Assembly (NCBI GenBank): GCA_964019425.1
Contig: OZ025789.1
Span: 1,364,001 to 1,428,000 of the forward strand
Source of the DNA: Flectonema sp. DT1601
Taxonomy: Eukaryota
DNA: 64,000 nucleotides
Direction: 5' to 3'
The position numbers and the translations under genes are program-made. Under the pieces are notes generated by a model. That model had not been told where the DNA came from, ran no database searches, and worked only from the letters and a program-made list of their open reading frames with translations. Of this stretch, positions 33,079 to 45,800 are shown one piece after another (within the stretch, counting starts at the first letter, position 1; every line of letters starts with the position of its first letter).

Positions 33079-36000
33079 ATGATGAAATATCTACTGTCAT
33101 TTGTGTTGTTACTCCTCACACAAGAAGGGATTGGGAGTGAAACTGATAGGATGATTGCATACGTTGGGAACTGGCAAGCCTGCCCTACCAGCGAACAGAC
33201 TGCTTCGTACACGGAGCTACTCATCGCTTTTGCGGTGACTTACCAATGGGCTCCTGGGAAAAACACCTGCAACACGCAGTGCGTTATCGGAAGCCCGGTT
33301 CCGATTTGCAACAACAAACCAAACGGACCACTTGTGTCTCAGTGGCAGTCGGAGGGAAAGAAAGTCATCCTTTCATTTGGAGGAGCTGGAATGGGAGGAT
33401 CGTGGAGCTCAAGTGTCGACGACTGTTGGGATTACTGTTATGGTAAGGAAGATTTCGTCGTTGAGCAGCTGGTGAATATTGTTTCGGTTCAGGGATTCGA
33501 TGGAGTCGATATTGACTACGAGTACTACTACGAGAATGGTCAAAAGGGTTCGTCTTTCTCTAAAGGAGCGGAGGCGCAGAAGTTCTTGAGGGAGGTGACA
33601 CAGAAGCTCCGCGCACAGCTGCCTGCCGGGAAGATTGTATCCCATGCACCAATGGACTCTGACATGGTAAAGGGAACTGGTTACTACAATGTGATTAAGA
33701 GCGTGGCCGGTGACTTGGATTTCCTGATGCCTCAATACTACAATGGATTGGTTCGACCAGAAACCGCGTTCACATCAAACGATCAAAAAGCTTTGACTCA
33801 CTACACAGATCTTGTTGATGATGTGTTCTCAGGGGACGGAACAAAGATGACGTTCGGATTTTGTATCAGTGACTGTCCAGGATACAATACTCAATCATCA
33901 ACAGCTGTCCAGGTTGTACAGAGGATGAAGTCACACTTTCCTTGCAACGGAGGAGTGTTCTTCTGGGTAGCGAATCACGATACTTCGGGATTATGGTCAA
34001 AGGCCGTCGCCGCGGAGCTGGGGAGCAACTGCGGTGGAAATACAACACCGAGACCACCGACAACCAGCACACCAACTCTTCCAACGTCTCCTCCGGTTAC
34101 AACGCCGCGACCACCAACAACAAGTCCTCCAGTTCCATCTCCAATTGGGAGTGAAACTGATAGGATGATTGCATACGTTGGGAACTGGCAAGCCTGCCCT
34201 ACCAGCGAACAGACTGCTTCGTACACGGAGCTACTCATCGCTTTTGCGGTGACTTACCAATGGGCTCCTGGGAAAAACACCTGCAACACGCAGTGCGTTA
34301 TCGGAAGCCCGGTTCCGATTTGCAACAACAAACCAAACGCACCACTTGTGTCTCAGTGGCAGTTGGAGGGAAAGAAAGTCATCCTTTCATTTGGAGGAGC
34401 TGGAATGGGAGGATCGTGGAGCTCAAGTGTCGACGACTGTTGGGATTACTGCTATGGTAAGGAAGACTTCGTCGTTGAGCAGCTGGTGAATATTGTTTCG
34501 GTTCAGGGATTCGATGGAGTCGATATTGACTACGAGTACTACTACGAGAATGGTCAAAAGGGTTCGTCTTTCTCTAAAGGAGCGGAGGCGCAGAAGTTCT
34601 TGAGGGAGGTGACACAGAAGCTCCGCGCACAGCTGCCTGCCGGGAAGATTGTATCCCATGCACCAATGGACTCTGACATGGTAAAGGGAACTGGTTACTA
34701 CAATGTGATTAAGAGCGTGGCCGGTGACTTGGATTTCCTGATGCCTCAATACTACAATGGATTGGTTCGACCAGAAACCGCGTTCACATCAAACGATCAA
34801 AAAGCTTTGACTCACTACACAGATCTTGTTGATGATGTATTCTCAGGGGACGGAACAAAGATGACGTTCGGATTTTGTATCAGTGACTGTCCAGGATACA
34901 ATACTCAATCATCAACAGCTGTCCAGGTTGTACAGAGGATGAAGTCACACTTTCCTTGCAACGGAGGAGTGTTCTTCTGGGTAGCGAATCACGATACTTC
35001 GGGATTATGGTCAAAGGCCGTCGCCGCGGAGCTGGGGAGCAACTGCGGTGGAAATACAACACCGAGACCACCGACAACCAGCACACCAACTCTTCCAACG
35101 TCTCCTCCGGTTACAACGCCGCGACCACCAACAACAAGTCCTCCAGTTCCATCTCCAACAGCAGCAGTGACTCCAAGACCTGCTTCAGGTGTTCAATGCA
35201 ACATTTGGAATTCATGTAGTGCCACACCCGACTGCTGTCCGACTGGAACATCCTGTTACAATCAGGACCAGCACTACGCACAGTGCAGGCCTTCGTGTCC
35301 TAGTAACTGGGCGTGCAGCAACCAAACCCCAAAACCACCCACCGCGACTCCAATGCCGCCAACAGCCACCAACGCTCCCGTACCAACACCGGAACCTACT
35401 GATGCTCCAGTACCAACACCAGAACCTACTGATGCTCCAGTACCAACACCGGAACCTACTGATGCTCCAGTACCAACACCAGAACCTACTGATGCTCCAG
35501 TACCAACACCGGAACCTACTGATGCTCCATTACCAACTCCAGAACCTACTGATGCTCCAACACCGAAACCCACTGATGCGACTCCAAAGCCAACATCTTC
35601 AGCAGGAAAAACAGGTGTGCACCTCTGTTCCGACAGGATTGCTGAATGGGGAGGGTGCAGTGCTGCCCCGTATTGCTGTGCTGACGGCCTGACATGTTTT
35701 GAACAAAGTGAATGGTACGCTCAGTGTGGGAAAACCTGCAGCGGTGGGAGTTGCAAAGACTTGGGAAAGCTCAAAGACGTGAGCGAGTTGGGTGAATTGG
35801 GTCAAGAAGCACCAGTTTGTAATAACTGCCTTTCATGGCAGAACAATGATGTGTACTGCACTGGTAGTGGAGGTTGTAATACAATTCCAAACTCAGGAAC
35901 TTGTATGGCGGGAGATTCAAAGTGCTTTGGCAGCAGTGATGCGGCAGAGGGTGCCAGGAAGGTGATTACTTTCGTGTTGAAGAACGGAGTTTCTGCTTTC

Positions 36001-36573
36001 GATCGATCGGAATTCGAAAGATTAATCCACAGCTGTCTGCGTGACCCTGCAGCAAAGGTGTTGCTGAAGTACCTCTGTCCGAGCAGTGTTTGTCCGGGTG
36101 GTGTTTGTGCTGATCCATTTGGAGGCGCATCGAAGTGTTTCTCGTTGTTTGACATCAGCGCAGGTAGGATTAGCATCTTGGAAGGGAACACTGCAGAAGG
36201 ATCAGTTGTTGGCTTTGAGATCGAAGGGAGTGACGAGGGATTGGTTTCCTCTTATAATGAGAAGCAGCTCCCGGGTGTTGTTTCGATGCACGAGGAATGG
36301 CAATCTGCTGGTTACGATGGAAGCGAAGACGGTAGCAGCACTGTCAACAGCAGCTTGTTAACAGCCCTTATTGCTACTGTTGCTGCCGTGGTTGGATGTG
36401 TGTTGATGGCTGTAGGAGTTACATTCTACAAAAGAACCCATCAGAATGCCGCTCCCACCGCTGGATCCGTAGAAATTGCATTTGACGGTGACGACGAAGT
36501 ACTTGCGACTGAAGCCGATGCTCTTTCGAAAACAACAACTGCGAATGAGCATGACTACCAGTTTCAAATATAA
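33079..36573 (+). CDS. GH18 chitinase-like protein, copy 2 (2 GH18 domains, 6 stalk repeats)
   Basis: Near-identical to copy 1. ATG at 33079; the ORF-track GTG extension is not credible. Confidence 0.92.
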   Translation: MMKYLLSFVLLLLTQEGIGSETDRMIAYVGNWQACPTSEQTASYTELLIAFAVTYQWAPGKNTCNTQCVIGSPVPICNNKPNGPLVSQWQSEGKKVILSFGGAGMGGSWSSSVDDCWDYCYGKEDFVVEQLVNIVSVQGFDGVDIDYEYYYENGQKGSSFSKGAEAQKFLREVTQKLRAQLPAGKIVSHAPMDSDMVKGTGYYNVIKSVAGDLDFLMPQYYNGLVRPETAFTSNDQKALTHYTDLVDDVFSGDGTKMTFGFCISDCPGYNTQSSTAVQVVQRMKSHFPCNGGVFFWVANHDTSGLWSKAVAAELGSNCGGNTTPRPPTTSTPTLPTSPPVTTPRPPTTSPPVPSPIGSETDRMIAYVGNWQACPTSEQTASYTELLIAFAVTYQWAPGKNTCNTQCVIGSPVPICNNKPNAPLVSQWQLEGKKVILSFGGAGMGGSWSSSVDDCWDYCYGKEDFVVEQLVNIVSVQGFDGVDIDYEYYYENGQKGSSFSKGAEAQKFLREVTQKLRAQLPAGKIVSHAPMDSDMVKGTGYYNVIKSVAGDLDFLMPQYYNGLVRPETAFTSNDQKALTHYTDLVDDVFSGDGTKMTFGFCISDCPGYNTQSSTAVQVVQRMKSHFPCNGGVFFWVANHDTSGLWSKAVAAELGSNCGGNTTPRPPTTSTPTLPTSPPVTTPRPPTTSPPVPSPTAAVTPRPASGVQCNIWNSCSATPDCCPTGTSCYNQDQHYAQCRPSCPSNWACSNQTPKPPTATPMPPTATNAPVPTPEPTDAPVPTPEPTDAPVPTPEPTDAPVPTPEPTDAPVPTPEPTDAPLPTPEPTDAPTPKPTDATPKPTSSAGKTGVHLCSDRIAEWGGCSAAPYCCADGLTCFEQSEWYAQCGKTCSGGSCKDLGKLKDVSELGELGQEAPVCNNCLSWQNNDVYCTGSGGCNTIPNSGTCMAGDSKCFGSSDAAEGARKVITFVLKNGVSAFDRSEFERLIHSCLRDPAAKVLLKYLCPSSVCPGGVCADPFGGASKCFSLFDISAGRISILEGNTAEGSVVGFEIEGSDEGLVSSYNEKQLPGVVSMHEEWQSAGYDGSEDGSSTVNSSLLTALIATVAAVVGCVLMAVGVTFYKRTHQNAAPTAGSVEIAFDGDDEVLATEADALSKTTTANEHDYQFQI

Positions 36574-38058
36574 GTTGGAACCAACACTTGACTAAACTCA
36601 GACTAAACACAGTGAACAATTATTGTATCTTATCTATCCTCTTATTCCCGATGTGGTGCTGTAGTGTACCGTATCCCGCGATCGAACGAATGAAACCATG
36701 CATTCGTGTTTTTTTTTGGTTTCTTCGTTCCATTTTTACTTAGTTCATTCGCGAACATAAAGAAACAGTAATCAAACTATCCTGAAGTTCTTAACATTTG
36801 TTTTTTTTCCCCTCAATTTAGTGCTGCCGAGCAACACTTTTGTACAAACGAGAGTGATCCATTATGCACAAGTGTTGCTCAAAAGAGTGTTGTTTCAAAG
36901 ACTTCAAGGAAATAAGGATAAACGAAATAAAGTGGAAAAAATAAAACAATTCCTCGGTGCAATGTTGCGACGTACATATCCTCAAGGAGTAGATCTTTAG
37001 TGGATGTCGTCAAACAGTTATCTGAGTGTTGTTTTCCTCCCATAGCCTTCTTTTTTTTTTCATAGTCTCGCTCACCGCAGACGCGACATAATATTATATC
37101 TTTTTGTCGATTATTACTTTCTTTTCTTTTTGCAACTGCAGTTTTGTTCATTTTGTGTGAACTCAAGCTTACGGTGACCCCTTCATTGGGTTAGCTGTTT
37201 GTTATGTTAATGAAAATTTGTTTTCTTTTTTTGGTTTAGCCTTTAACTTTAAGGTAAAAGCAACAAAGTTAACTTCTTATCACTTGGAAACAAGTGACCC
37301 TCTCTTTAACTACACTTTATAGTCTTTCCTCGCTGACAATCTTTCGGTAAATAATCGACAGGCAAGAATGAATCTCGCTGATTCGTGTTTATTCCTGTAC
37401 AATTTCTCTCTTAATGACTAATTCGCATTTGCTTGCTATTCGAGGCAGCAAAATTCATGGTCTTTTTTTCTTCATACACAGCAATATTTTTTTTGTGCTC
37501 TCTTAACAGTTTTTTTGTGTCTTTAACTAACTAACAAACTAACTACACTCTATACTCGTTTCCTTGCTGAAGATTCTTTTCTTTGTAAGCGTCTCGAAAC
37601 TTTTTATTACGCAAAACACATGAAGTGTAATTTTGTTTTACAGTCCCGCGGTAACGGTGACACTACAAATTCCCTTCCTCTGTCCCCCTTTTTGGAATAC
37701 AACATCGCCCGTTAAAGTAATTTGTTGTTTCAATAAGACTCTCAAGAGTTTGTTGTTGATTACATATTGCTTTCTGTGTTCCTGTTGAAAGAATCAGAAC
37801 AGGGTTTCAAATGGAAGTAACTACGCACTCTCTCCTTTATCCATTTCCATTTCATCTTCTTATTGCTTTCTGATATGCGACCTGATAAAGGTATTCGATT
37901 GTGCTTCAGCTAGCATTCTATCTCTTGCTGTTGCTGTTGAGAACTGTTTTGTTTTAATTTCCACGTAGTTTGCTTCCTTATGGAACTTGTTTGAATTGAG
38001 TGTGCCAAAAAGCATTGTTGTAATTATTGTTTCCAACCCCACAGCTCACACAGTAAAT

Positions 38059-38124
38059 ATGTCCACCATCACTAAGCTTCACGCCAGAGAGGTAATCGAC
38101 TCGAGAGGTAACCCAACTGTCGAG
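38059..38124 (+). pseudogene. Enolase exon-1 stub (exon 2 deleted)
   Basis: Identical to 31204-31269 and followed by the start of the intron, then joined to the enolase 3' flank. Confidence 0.92.
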
Positions 38125-38466
38125 GTATGAATGTAATGTTTTTGTGTAGATTTGATTGCAGGTGATCTCCCCGGTCAAATATGTATCCGAGAGAGGATGA
38201 TTTCCTTCTTGATTGCATTTCTTTCGTTCTTCCTTTTCTTTATCCCGTTTCCCCGAGAATTATCGAAAAGATTTGGTAACGCTGCAGATTCGTGCCTGGT
38301 GATATCTTCTGATACTTTTTTTGTGGTAAGATATTCCGTTTTAAACATTTCTTTTCTGCAACAGGTGGGGGATTGAGTTGTGTTAATTTTAAAGTTTGAA
38401 GACCTGCTGAACTTTGTGAAAGTCTGACTAACTGAAGTTATTCAATACAGTTTATACACTTACTAC

Positions 38467-40947
38467 ATGATGAAATATCTACTGTCATTTGTGTTGTTAC
38501 TCCTCACACAAGAAGGGATTGGGAGTGAAACTGATAGGATGATTGCATACGTTGGGAACTGGCAAGCCTGCCCTACCAGCGAACAGACTGCTTCGTACAC
38601 GGAGTTACTCATCGCTTTTGCGGTGACTTACCAATGGGCTCCTGGGAAAAACACCTGCAACACGCAGTGCGTTATCGGAAGCCCGGTTCCGATTTGCAAC
38701 AACAAACCAAACGCACCACTTGTGTCTCAGTGGCAGTCGGAGGGAAAGAAAGTCATCCTTTCATTTGGAGGAGCTGGAATGGGAGGATCGTGGAGCTCAA
38801 GTGTCGACGACTGTTGGGATTACTGCTATGGTAAGGAAGACTTCGTCGTTGAGCAGCTGGTGAATATTGTTTCGGTTCAGGGATTCGATGGAGTCGATAT
38901 TGACTACGAGTACTACTACGAGAATGGTCAAAAGGGTTCGTCTTTCTCTAAAGGAGCGGAGGCGCAGAAGTTCTTGAGGGAGGTGACACAGAAGCTCCGC
39001 GCACAGCTGCCTGCCGGGAAGATTGTATCCCATGCACCAATGGACTCTGACATGGTAAAGGGAACTGGTTACTACAATGTGATTAAGAGCGTGGCCGGTG
39101 ACTTGGATTTCCTGATGCCTCAATACTACAATGGATTGGTTCGACCAGAAACCGCGTTCACATCAAACGATCAAAAAGCTTTGACTCACTACACAGATCT
39201 TGTTGATGATGTATTCTCAGGGGACGGAACAAAGATGACGTTCGGATTTTGTATCAGTGACTGTCCAGGATACAATACTCAATCATCAACAGCTGTCCAG
39301 GTTGTACAGAGGATGAAGTCACACTTTCCTTGCAACGGAGGAGTGTTCTTCTGGGTAGCGAATCACGATACTTCGGGATTATGGTCAAAGGCCGTCGCCG
39401 CGGAGCTGGGGAGCAACTGCGGTGGAAATACAACACCGAGACCACCGACAACCAGCACACCAACTCTTCCAACGTCTCCTCCGGTTACAACGCCGCGACC
39501 ACCAACAACAAGTCCTCCAGTTCCATCTCCAACAGCAGCAGTGACTCCAAGACCTGCTTCAGGTGTTCAATGCAACATTTGGAATTCATGTAGTGCCACA
39601 CCCGACTGCTGTCCGACTGGAACATCCTGTTACAATCAGGACCAGCACTACGCACAGTGCAGGCCTTCGTGTCCTAGTAACTGGGCGTGCAGCAACCAAA
39701 CCCCAAAACCACCCACCGCGACTCCAATGCCGCCAACAGCCACCAACGCTCCCGTACCAACACCGGAACCTACTGATGCTCCAGTACCAACACCAGAACC
39801 TACTGATGCTCCAGTACCAACACCGGAACCTACTGATGCTCCAGTACCAACACCAGAACCTACTGATGCTCCAGTACCAACACCGGAACCTACTGATGCT
39901 CCATTACCAACTCCAGAACCTACTGATGCTCCAACACCGAAACCCACTGATGCGACTCCAAAGCCAACATCTTCAGCAGGAAAAACAGGTGTGCACCTCT
40001 GTTCCGACAGGATTGCTGAATGGGGAGGGTGCAGTGCTGCCCCGTATTGCTGTGCTGACGGCCTGACATGTTTTGAACAAAGTGAATGGTACGCTCAGTG
40101 TGGGAAAACCTGCAGCGGTGGGAGTTGCAAAGACTTGGGAAAGCTCAAAGACGTGAGCGAGTTGGGTGAATTGGGTCAAGAAGCACCAGTTTGTAATAAC
40201 TGCCTTTCATGGCAGAACAATGATGTGTACTGCACTGGTAGTGGAGGTTGTAATACAATTCCAAACTCAGGAACTTGTATGGCGGGAGATTCAAAGTGCT
40301 TTGGCAGCAGTGATGCGGCAGAGGGTGCCAGGAAGGTGATTACTTTCGTGTTGAAGAACGGAGTTTCTGCTTTCGATCGATCGGAATTCGAAAGATTAAT
40401 CCACAGCTGTCTGCGTGACCCTGCAGCAAAGGTGTTGCTGAAGTACCTCTGTCCGAGCAGTGTTTGTCCGGGTGGTGTTTGTGCTGATCCATTTGGAGGC
40501 GCATCGAAGTGTTTCTCGTTGTTTGACATCAGCGCAGGTAGGATTAGCATCTTGGAAGGGAACACTGCAGAAGGATCAGTTGTTGGCTTTGAGATCGAAG
40601 GGAGTGACGAGGGATTGGTTTCCTCTTATAATGAGAAGCAACTCCCGGGTGTTGTTTCGATGCACGAGGAATGGCAATCTGCTGGTTACGATGGAAGCGA
40701 AGACGGTAGCAGCACTGTCAACAGCAGCTTGTTAACAGCCCTTATTGCTACTGTTGCTGCCGTGGTTGGATGTGTGTTGATGGCTGTAGGAGTTACATTC
40801 TACAAAAGAACCCATCAGAATGCCGCTCCCACCGCTGGATCCGTAGAAATTGCATTTGACGGTGACGACGAAGTACTTGCGACTGAAGCCGATGCTCTTT
40901 CGAAAACAACAACTGCGAATGAGCATGACTACCAGTTTCAAATATAA
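38467..40947 (+). CDS. GH18 chitinase-like protein, copy 3 (1 GH18 domain, 6 stalk repeats)
   Basis: 826 aa, one 338-aa GH18 unit shorter than copy 2. Confidence 0.92.
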   Translation: MMKYLLSFVLLLLTQEGIGSETDRMIAYVGNWQACPTSEQTASYTELLIAFAVTYQWAPGKNTCNTQCVIGSPVPICNNKPNAPLVSQWQSEGKKVILSFGGAGMGGSWSSSVDDCWDYCYGKEDFVVEQLVNIVSVQGFDGVDIDYEYYYENGQKGSSFSKGAEAQKFLREVTQKLRAQLPAGKIVSHAPMDSDMVKGTGYYNVIKSVAGDLDFLMPQYYNGLVRPETAFTSNDQKALTHYTDLVDDVFSGDGTKMTFGFCISDCPGYNTQSSTAVQVVQRMKSHFPCNGGVFFWVANHDTSGLWSKAVAAELGSNCGGNTTPRPPTTSTPTLPTSPPVTTPRPPTTSPPVPSPTAAVTPRPASGVQCNIWNSCSATPDCCPTGTSCYNQDQHYAQCRPSCPSNWACSNQTPKPPTATPMPPTATNAPVPTPEPTDAPVPTPEPTDAPVPTPEPTDAPVPTPEPTDAPVPTPEPTDAPLPTPEPTDAPTPKPTDATPKPTSSAGKTGVHLCSDRIAEWGGCSAAPYCCADGLTCFEQSEWYAQCGKTCSGGSCKDLGKLKDVSELGELGQEAPVCNNCLSWQNNDVYCTGSGGCNTIPNSGTCMAGDSKCFGSSDAAEGARKVITFVLKNGVSAFDRSEFERLIHSCLRDPAAKVLLKYLCPSSVCPGGVCADPFGGASKCFSLFDISAGRISILEGNTAEGSVVGFEIEGSDEGLVSSYNEKQLPGVVSMHEEWQSAGYDGSEDGSSTVNSSLLTALIATVAAVVGCVLMAVGVTFYKRTHQNAAPTAGSVEIAFDGDDEVLATEADALSKTTTANEHDYQFQI

Positions 40948-42432
40948 GTTGGAACCAACACTTGACTAAACTCAGACTAAACACAGTGAACAATTATTGT
41001 ATCTTATCTATCCTCTTATTCCCGATGTGGTGCTGTAGTGTACCGTATCCCGCGATCGAACGAATGAAACCATGCATTCGTGTTTTTTTTTGGTTTCTTC
41101 GTTCCATTTTTACTTAGTTCATTCGCGAACATAAAGAAACAGTAATCAAACTATCCTGAAGTTCTTAACATTTGTTTTTTTTCCCCTCAATTTAGTGCTG
41201 CCGAGCAACACTTTTGTACAAACGAGAGTGATCCATTATGCACAAGTGTTGCTCAAAAGAGTGTTGTTTCAAAGACTTCAAGGAAATAAGGATAAACGAA
41301 ATAAAGTGGAAAAAATAAAACAATTCCTCGGTGCAATGTTGCGACGTACATATCCTCAAGGAGTAGATCTTTAGTGGATGTCGTCAAACAGTTATCTGAG
41401 TGTTGTTTTCCTCCCATAGCCTTCTTTTTTTTTTCATAGTCTCGCTCACCGCAGACGCGACATAATATTATATCTTTTTGTCGATTATTACTTTCTTTTC
41501 TTTTTGCAACTGCAGTTTTGTTCATTTTGTGTGAACTCAAGCTTACGGTGACCCCTTCATTGGGTTAGCTGTTTGTTATGTTAATGAAAATTTGTTTTCT
41601 TTTTTTGGTTTAGCCTTTAACTTTAAGGTAAAAGCAACAAAGTTAACTTCTTATCACTTGGAAACAAGTGACCCTCTCTTTAACTACACTTTATAGTCTT
41701 TCCTCGCTGACAATCTTTCGGTAAATAATCGACAGGCAAGAATGAATCTCGCTGATTCGTGTTTATTCCTGTACAATTTCTCTCTTAATGACTAATTCGC
41801 ATTTGCTTGCTATTCGAGGCAGCAAAATTCATGGTCTTTTTTTCTTCATACACAGCAATATTTTTTTTGTGCTCTCTTAACAGTTTTTTTGTGCCTTTAA
41901 CTAACTAACAAACTAACTACACTCTATACTCGTTTCCTTGCTGAAGATTCTTTTCTTTGTAAGCGTCTCGAAACTTTTTATTACGCAAAACACATGAAGT
42001 GTAATTTTGTTTTACAGTCCCGCGGTAACGGTGACACTACAAATTCCCTTCCTCTGTCCCCCTTTTTGGAATACAACATCGCCCGTTAAAGTAATTTGTT
42101 GTTTCAATAAGACTCTCAAGAGTTTGTTGTTGATTACATATTGCTTTCTGTGTTCCTGTTGAAAGAATCAGAACAGGGTTTCAAATGGAAGTAACTACGC
42201 ACTCTCTCCTTTATCCATTTCCATTTCATCTTCTTATTGCTTTCTGATATGCGACCTGATAAAGGTATTCGATTGTGCTTCAGCTAGCATTCTATCTCTT
42301 GCTGTTGCTGTTGAGAACTGTTTTGTTTTAATTTCCACGTAGTTTGCTTCCTTATGGAACTTGTTTGAATTGAGTGTGCCAAAAAGCATTGTTGTAATTA
42401 TTGTTTCCAACCCCACAGCTCACACAGTAAAT

Positions 42433-42498
42433 ATGTCCACCATCACTAAGCTTCACGCCAGAGAGGTAATCGACTCGAGAGGTAACCCAACTGTCGAG
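42433..42498 (+). pseudogene. Enolase exon-1 stub
   Basis: Same sequence and same deletion junction (gtagattt|gattgcag) as the stub at 38059. Confidence 0.92.
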
Positions 42499-42840
42499 GT
42501 ATGAATGTAATGTTTTTGTGTAGATTTGATTGCAGGTGATCTCCCCGGTCAAATATGTATCCGAGAGAGGATGATTTCCTTCTTGATTGCATTTCTTTCG
42601 TTCTTCCTTTTCTTTATCCCGTTTCCCCGAGAATTATCGAAAAGATTTGGTAACGCTGCAGATTCGTGCCTGGTGATATCTTCTGATACTTTTTTTGTGG
42701 TAAGATATTCCGTTTTAAACATTTTTTTTCTGCAACAGGTGGGGGATTGAGTTGTGTTAATTTTAAAGTTTGAAGACCTGCTGAACTTTGTGAAAGTCTG
42801 ACTAACTGAAGTTATTCAATACAGTTTATACACTTACTAC

Positions 42841-45800
42841 ATGATGAAATATCTACTGTCATTTGTGTTGTTACTCCTCACACAAGAAGGGATTGGGAGT
42901 GAAACTGATAGGATGATTGCATACGTTGGGAACTGGCAAGCCTGCCCTACCAGCGAACAGACTGCTTCGTACACGGAGTTACTCATCGCTTTTGCGGTGA
43001 CTTACCAATGGGCTCCTGGGAAAAACACCTGCAACACGCAGTGCGTTATCGGAAGCCCGGTTCCGATTTGCAACAACAAACCAAACGCACCACTTGTGTC
43101 TCAGTGGCAGTCGGAGGGAAAGAAAGTCATCCTTTCATTTGGAGGAGCTGGAATGGGAGGATCGTGGAGCTCAAGTGTCGACGACTGTTGGGATTACTGC
43201 TATGGTAAGGAAGACTTCGTCGTTGAGCAGCTGGTGAATATTGTTTCGGTTCAGGGATTCGATGGAGTAGATATTGACTACGAGTACTACTACGAGAATG
43301 GTCAAAAGGGTTCGTCTTTCTCTAAAGGAGCGGAGGCGCAGAAGTTCTTGAGGGAGGTGACACAGAAGCTCCGCGCACAGCTGCCTGCTGGGAAGATAGT
43401 ATCCCATGCACCAATGGACTCTGACATGGTAAAGGGAACTGGTTACTACAATGTGATTAAGAGCGTGGCCGGTGACTTGGATTTCCTGATGCCTCAATAC
43501 TACAATGGATTGGTTCGACCAGAAACCGCGTTCACATCGAACGATCAAAAAGCTTTGACTCACTACACAGATCTTGTTGATGATGTGTTCTCAGGGGACG
43601 GAACAAAGATGACGTTCGGATTTTGTATCAGTGACTGTCCAGGATACAATACTCAATCATCAACAGCTGTCCAGGTTGTACAGAGGATGAAGTCACACTT
43701 TCCTTGCAACGGAGGAGTGTTCTTCTGGGTAGCGAATCACGATACTTCGGGATTATGGTCAAAGGCCGTCGCCGCGGAGCTGGGGAGCAACTGCGGTGGA
43801 AATACAACACCGAGACCACCGACAACCAGCACACCAACTCTTCCAACGTCTCCTCCGGTTACAACGCCGCGACCACCAACAACAAGTCCTCCAGTTCCAT
43901 CTCCAATTGGGAGTGAAACTGATAGGATGATTGCATACGTTGGGAACTGGCAAGCCTGCCCTACCAGCGAACAGACTGCTTCGTACACGGAGCTACTCAT
44001 CGCTTTTGCGGTGACTTACCAATGGGCTCCTGGGAAAAACACCTGCAACACGCAGTGCGTTATCGGAAGCCCGGTTCCGATTTGCAACAACAAACCAAAC
44101 GCACCACTTGTGTCTCAGTGGCAGTCGGAGGGAAAGAAAGTCATCCTTTCATTTGGAGGAGCTGGAATGGGAGGATCGTGGAGCTCAAGTGTCGACGACT
44201 GTTGGGATTACTGTTATGGTAAGGAAGACTTCGTCGTTGAGCAGCTGGTGAATATTGTTTCGGTTCAGGGATTCGATGGAGTCGATATTGACTACGAGTA
44301 CTACTACGAGAATGGTCAAAAGGGTTCGTCTTTCTCTAAAGGAGCGGAGGCGCAGAAGTTCTTGAGGGAGGTGACACAGAAGCTCCGCGCACAGCTGCCT
44401 GCCGGGAAGATTGTATCCCATGCACCAATGGACTCTGACATGGTAAAGGGAACTGGTTACTACAATGTGATTAAGAGCGTGGCCGGTGACTTGGATTTCC
44501 TGATGCCTCAATACTACAATGGATTGGTTCGACCAGAAACCGCGTTCACATCAAACGATCAAAAAGCTTTGACTCACTACACAGATCTTGTTGATGATGT
44601 GTTCTCAGGGGACGGAACAAAGATGACGTTCGGATTTTGTATCAGTGACTGTCCAGGATACAATACTCAATCATCAACAGCTGTCCAGGTTGTACAGAGG
44701 ATGAAGTCACACTTTCCTTGCAACGGAGGAGTGTTCTTCTGGGTAGCGAATCACGATACTTCGGGATTATGGTCAAAGGCCGTCGCCGCGGAGCTGGGGA
44801 GCAACTGCGGTGGAAATACAACACCGAGACCACCGACAACCAGCACACCAACTCTTCCAACGTCTCCTCCGGTTACAACGCCGCGACCACCAACAACAAG
44901 TCCTCCAGTTCCATCTCCAATTGGGAGTGAAACTGATAGGATGATTGCATACGTTGGGAACTGGCAAGCCTGCCCTACCAGCGAACAGACTGCTTCGTAC
45001 ACGGAGCTACTCATCGCTTTTGCGGTGACTTACCAATGGGCTCCTGGGAAAAACACCTGCAACACGCAGTGCGTTATCGGAAGCCCGGTTCCGATTTGCA
45101 ACAACAAACCAAACGCACCACTTGTGTCTCAGTGGCAGTCGGAGGGAAAGAAAGTCATCCTTTCATTTGGAGGAGCTGGAATGGGAGGATCGTGGAGCTC
45201 AAGTGTCGACGACTGTTGGGATTACTGTTATGGTAAGGAAGACTTCGTCGTTGAGCAGCTGGTGAATATTGTTTCGGTTCAGGGATTCGATGGAGTAGAT
45301 ATTGACTACGAGTACTACTACGAGAATGGTCAAAAGGGTTCGTCTTTCTCTAAAGGAGCGGAGGCGCAGAAGTTCTTGAGGGAGGTGACACAGAAGCTCC
45401 GCGCACAGCTGCCTGCCGGGAAGATTGTATCCCATGCACCAATGGACTCTGACATGGTAAAGGGAACTGGTTACTACAATGTGATTAAGAGCGTGGCCGG
45501 TGACTTGGATTTCCTGATGCCTCAATACTACAATGGATTGGTTCGACCAGAAACCGCGTTCACATCGAACGATCAAAAAGCTTTGACTCACTACACAGAT
45601 CTTGTTGATGATGTATTCTCAGGGGACGGAACAAAGATGACGTTCGGATTTTGTATCAGTGACTGTCCAGGATACAATACTCAATCATCAACAGCTGTCC
45701 AGGTTGTACAGAGGATGAAGTCACACTTTCCTTGCAACGGAGGAGTGTTTTTCTGGGTAGCGAATCACGATACTTCGGGATTATGGTCAAAGGCCGTCGC